Source: an uncultured SAR86 cluster bacterium
GTDB taxonomy: Bacteria; Pseudomonadota; Gammaproteobacteria; Magnimaribacterales; D2472
Direction of reading: 5' to 3'
DNA: 64,000 bases
NCBI GenBank assembly: GCA_902511575.1
Contig: CABXFU010000005.1
Span: 2,753-66,752 of the forward strand
Shown here: one piece after another, positions 63,422 to 64,000 of the stretch
How positions within the stretch are numbered: position 1 is the first letter of the stretch
Layout of the letters: every line of letters begins with the position of its first letter
Translations under genes and position numbers: made by a program
Notes under the pieces: model-generated
What the model was told of the DNA's origin: nothing
Databases searched by the model: none
What the model saw: the letters and a program-made list of their open reading frames with translations, nothing else

Positions 63422-64000
63422 ATGGGTGACTTTTCAGTTATAGATTTATTTCTCCAGGCAAGCCTGATTGTTCAATTGGTAATGATTTTATTGTTAATGG
63501 TTTCAATCATTTCATGGATCGTTATTTTTGAAAGACATTTTAATTTAAGCAGAATCAAACAAGCTAACAAAGAATTTGAAAAAGAATTTTGGTCTGGAAA
63601 AGATCTGAATGAGTTATATGAAGGTATTGATAAAATTTCTCATGATGAATTGGTAGGCTCTTTGCGAGTTTTTAAACATGGATTTGGGGAATTTTTAAGG
63701 CTTAGCGAAGGTCAGCAAATTACAATTGAAGACCTGGAAAGTGTTAATAGAGCGATAAGAGTATCTCTAGCAAGAGAAGAAGAGTCGTTAATGCACCATC
63801 TTCCTTTTTTAGCTAATGTTGGATCGGTGAGCCCTTATGTTGGACTATTTGGAACAGTTTGGGGAATTATCAATTCATTTCAAGGTCTTTCTGATGCGAC
63901 TCAAGCAACCATCAATGCTGTTGCCCCTGGAATATCAGAAGCTTTAGTTGCAACAGCTCTAGGTCTTTTTGCTGCAATACCAGCCGTAGTTGCATACAAT
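63422..64000 (+). CDS. tolQ: TolQ (partial, runs off the window end)
   Basis: Manual translation: MGDFSVIDLFLQASLIVQLVM...FWSG...SVSPYVGLFGTVWGIINSF...VAPGISEALVATALGLFAAIPAV. Confidence 0.95.
   Translation, partial: MGDFSVIDLFLQASLIVQLVMILLLMVSIISWIVIFERHFNLSRIKQANKEFEKEFWSGKDLNELYEGIDKISHDELVGSLRVFKHGFGEFLRLSEGQQITIEDLESVNRAIRVSLAREEESLMHHLPFLANVGSVSPYVGLFGTVWGIINSFQGLSDATQATINAVAPGISEALVATALGLFAAIPAVVAYN

Overview
A low-GC, very gene-dense core-genome segment of a streamlined marine gammaproteobacterium. Gene order is Pseudomonadales/Oceanospirillales-like and the compaction suggests SAR86 (inference). It carries gatCAB, mreBCD-yhdP, mgtE-rpoN-lptBA-kdsD, mlaC-bolA-murA, degS/zapE, rplM-rpsI-petABC-sspA, rsmI-rnpB, the dcw cluster, rpsF-rpsR-rplI-dnaB-alr, pyrG-kdsA-eno-ftsB-ispDF-surE-pcm-nlpD, fdxA, recA, proS and aspS-yebC-ybgC-tolQ. 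I saw no transposase, integrase, prophage, CRISPR array, tRNA or rRNA. The most striking departure is between yebC and ybgC-tolQ: where ruvC-ruvA-ruvB normally lie, there is a single 140-aa Hjc/phage-type PD-(D/E)xK nuclease, an apparent in-situ replacement of the RuvABC resolvasome. Other oddities: ftsZ moved to directly behind mraZ; FtsQ with a lipoprotein-like signal; ProRS lacking its INS editing domain; a fused ispDF; a structured leader in front of a metF-like gene that sits where hisGDC usually are; an RBS-sequestering inverted repeat downstream of recA; and local absence of mutS, rpoS, lptC, sspB and rng. All calls come from motif and synteny recognition; no database searches were run.
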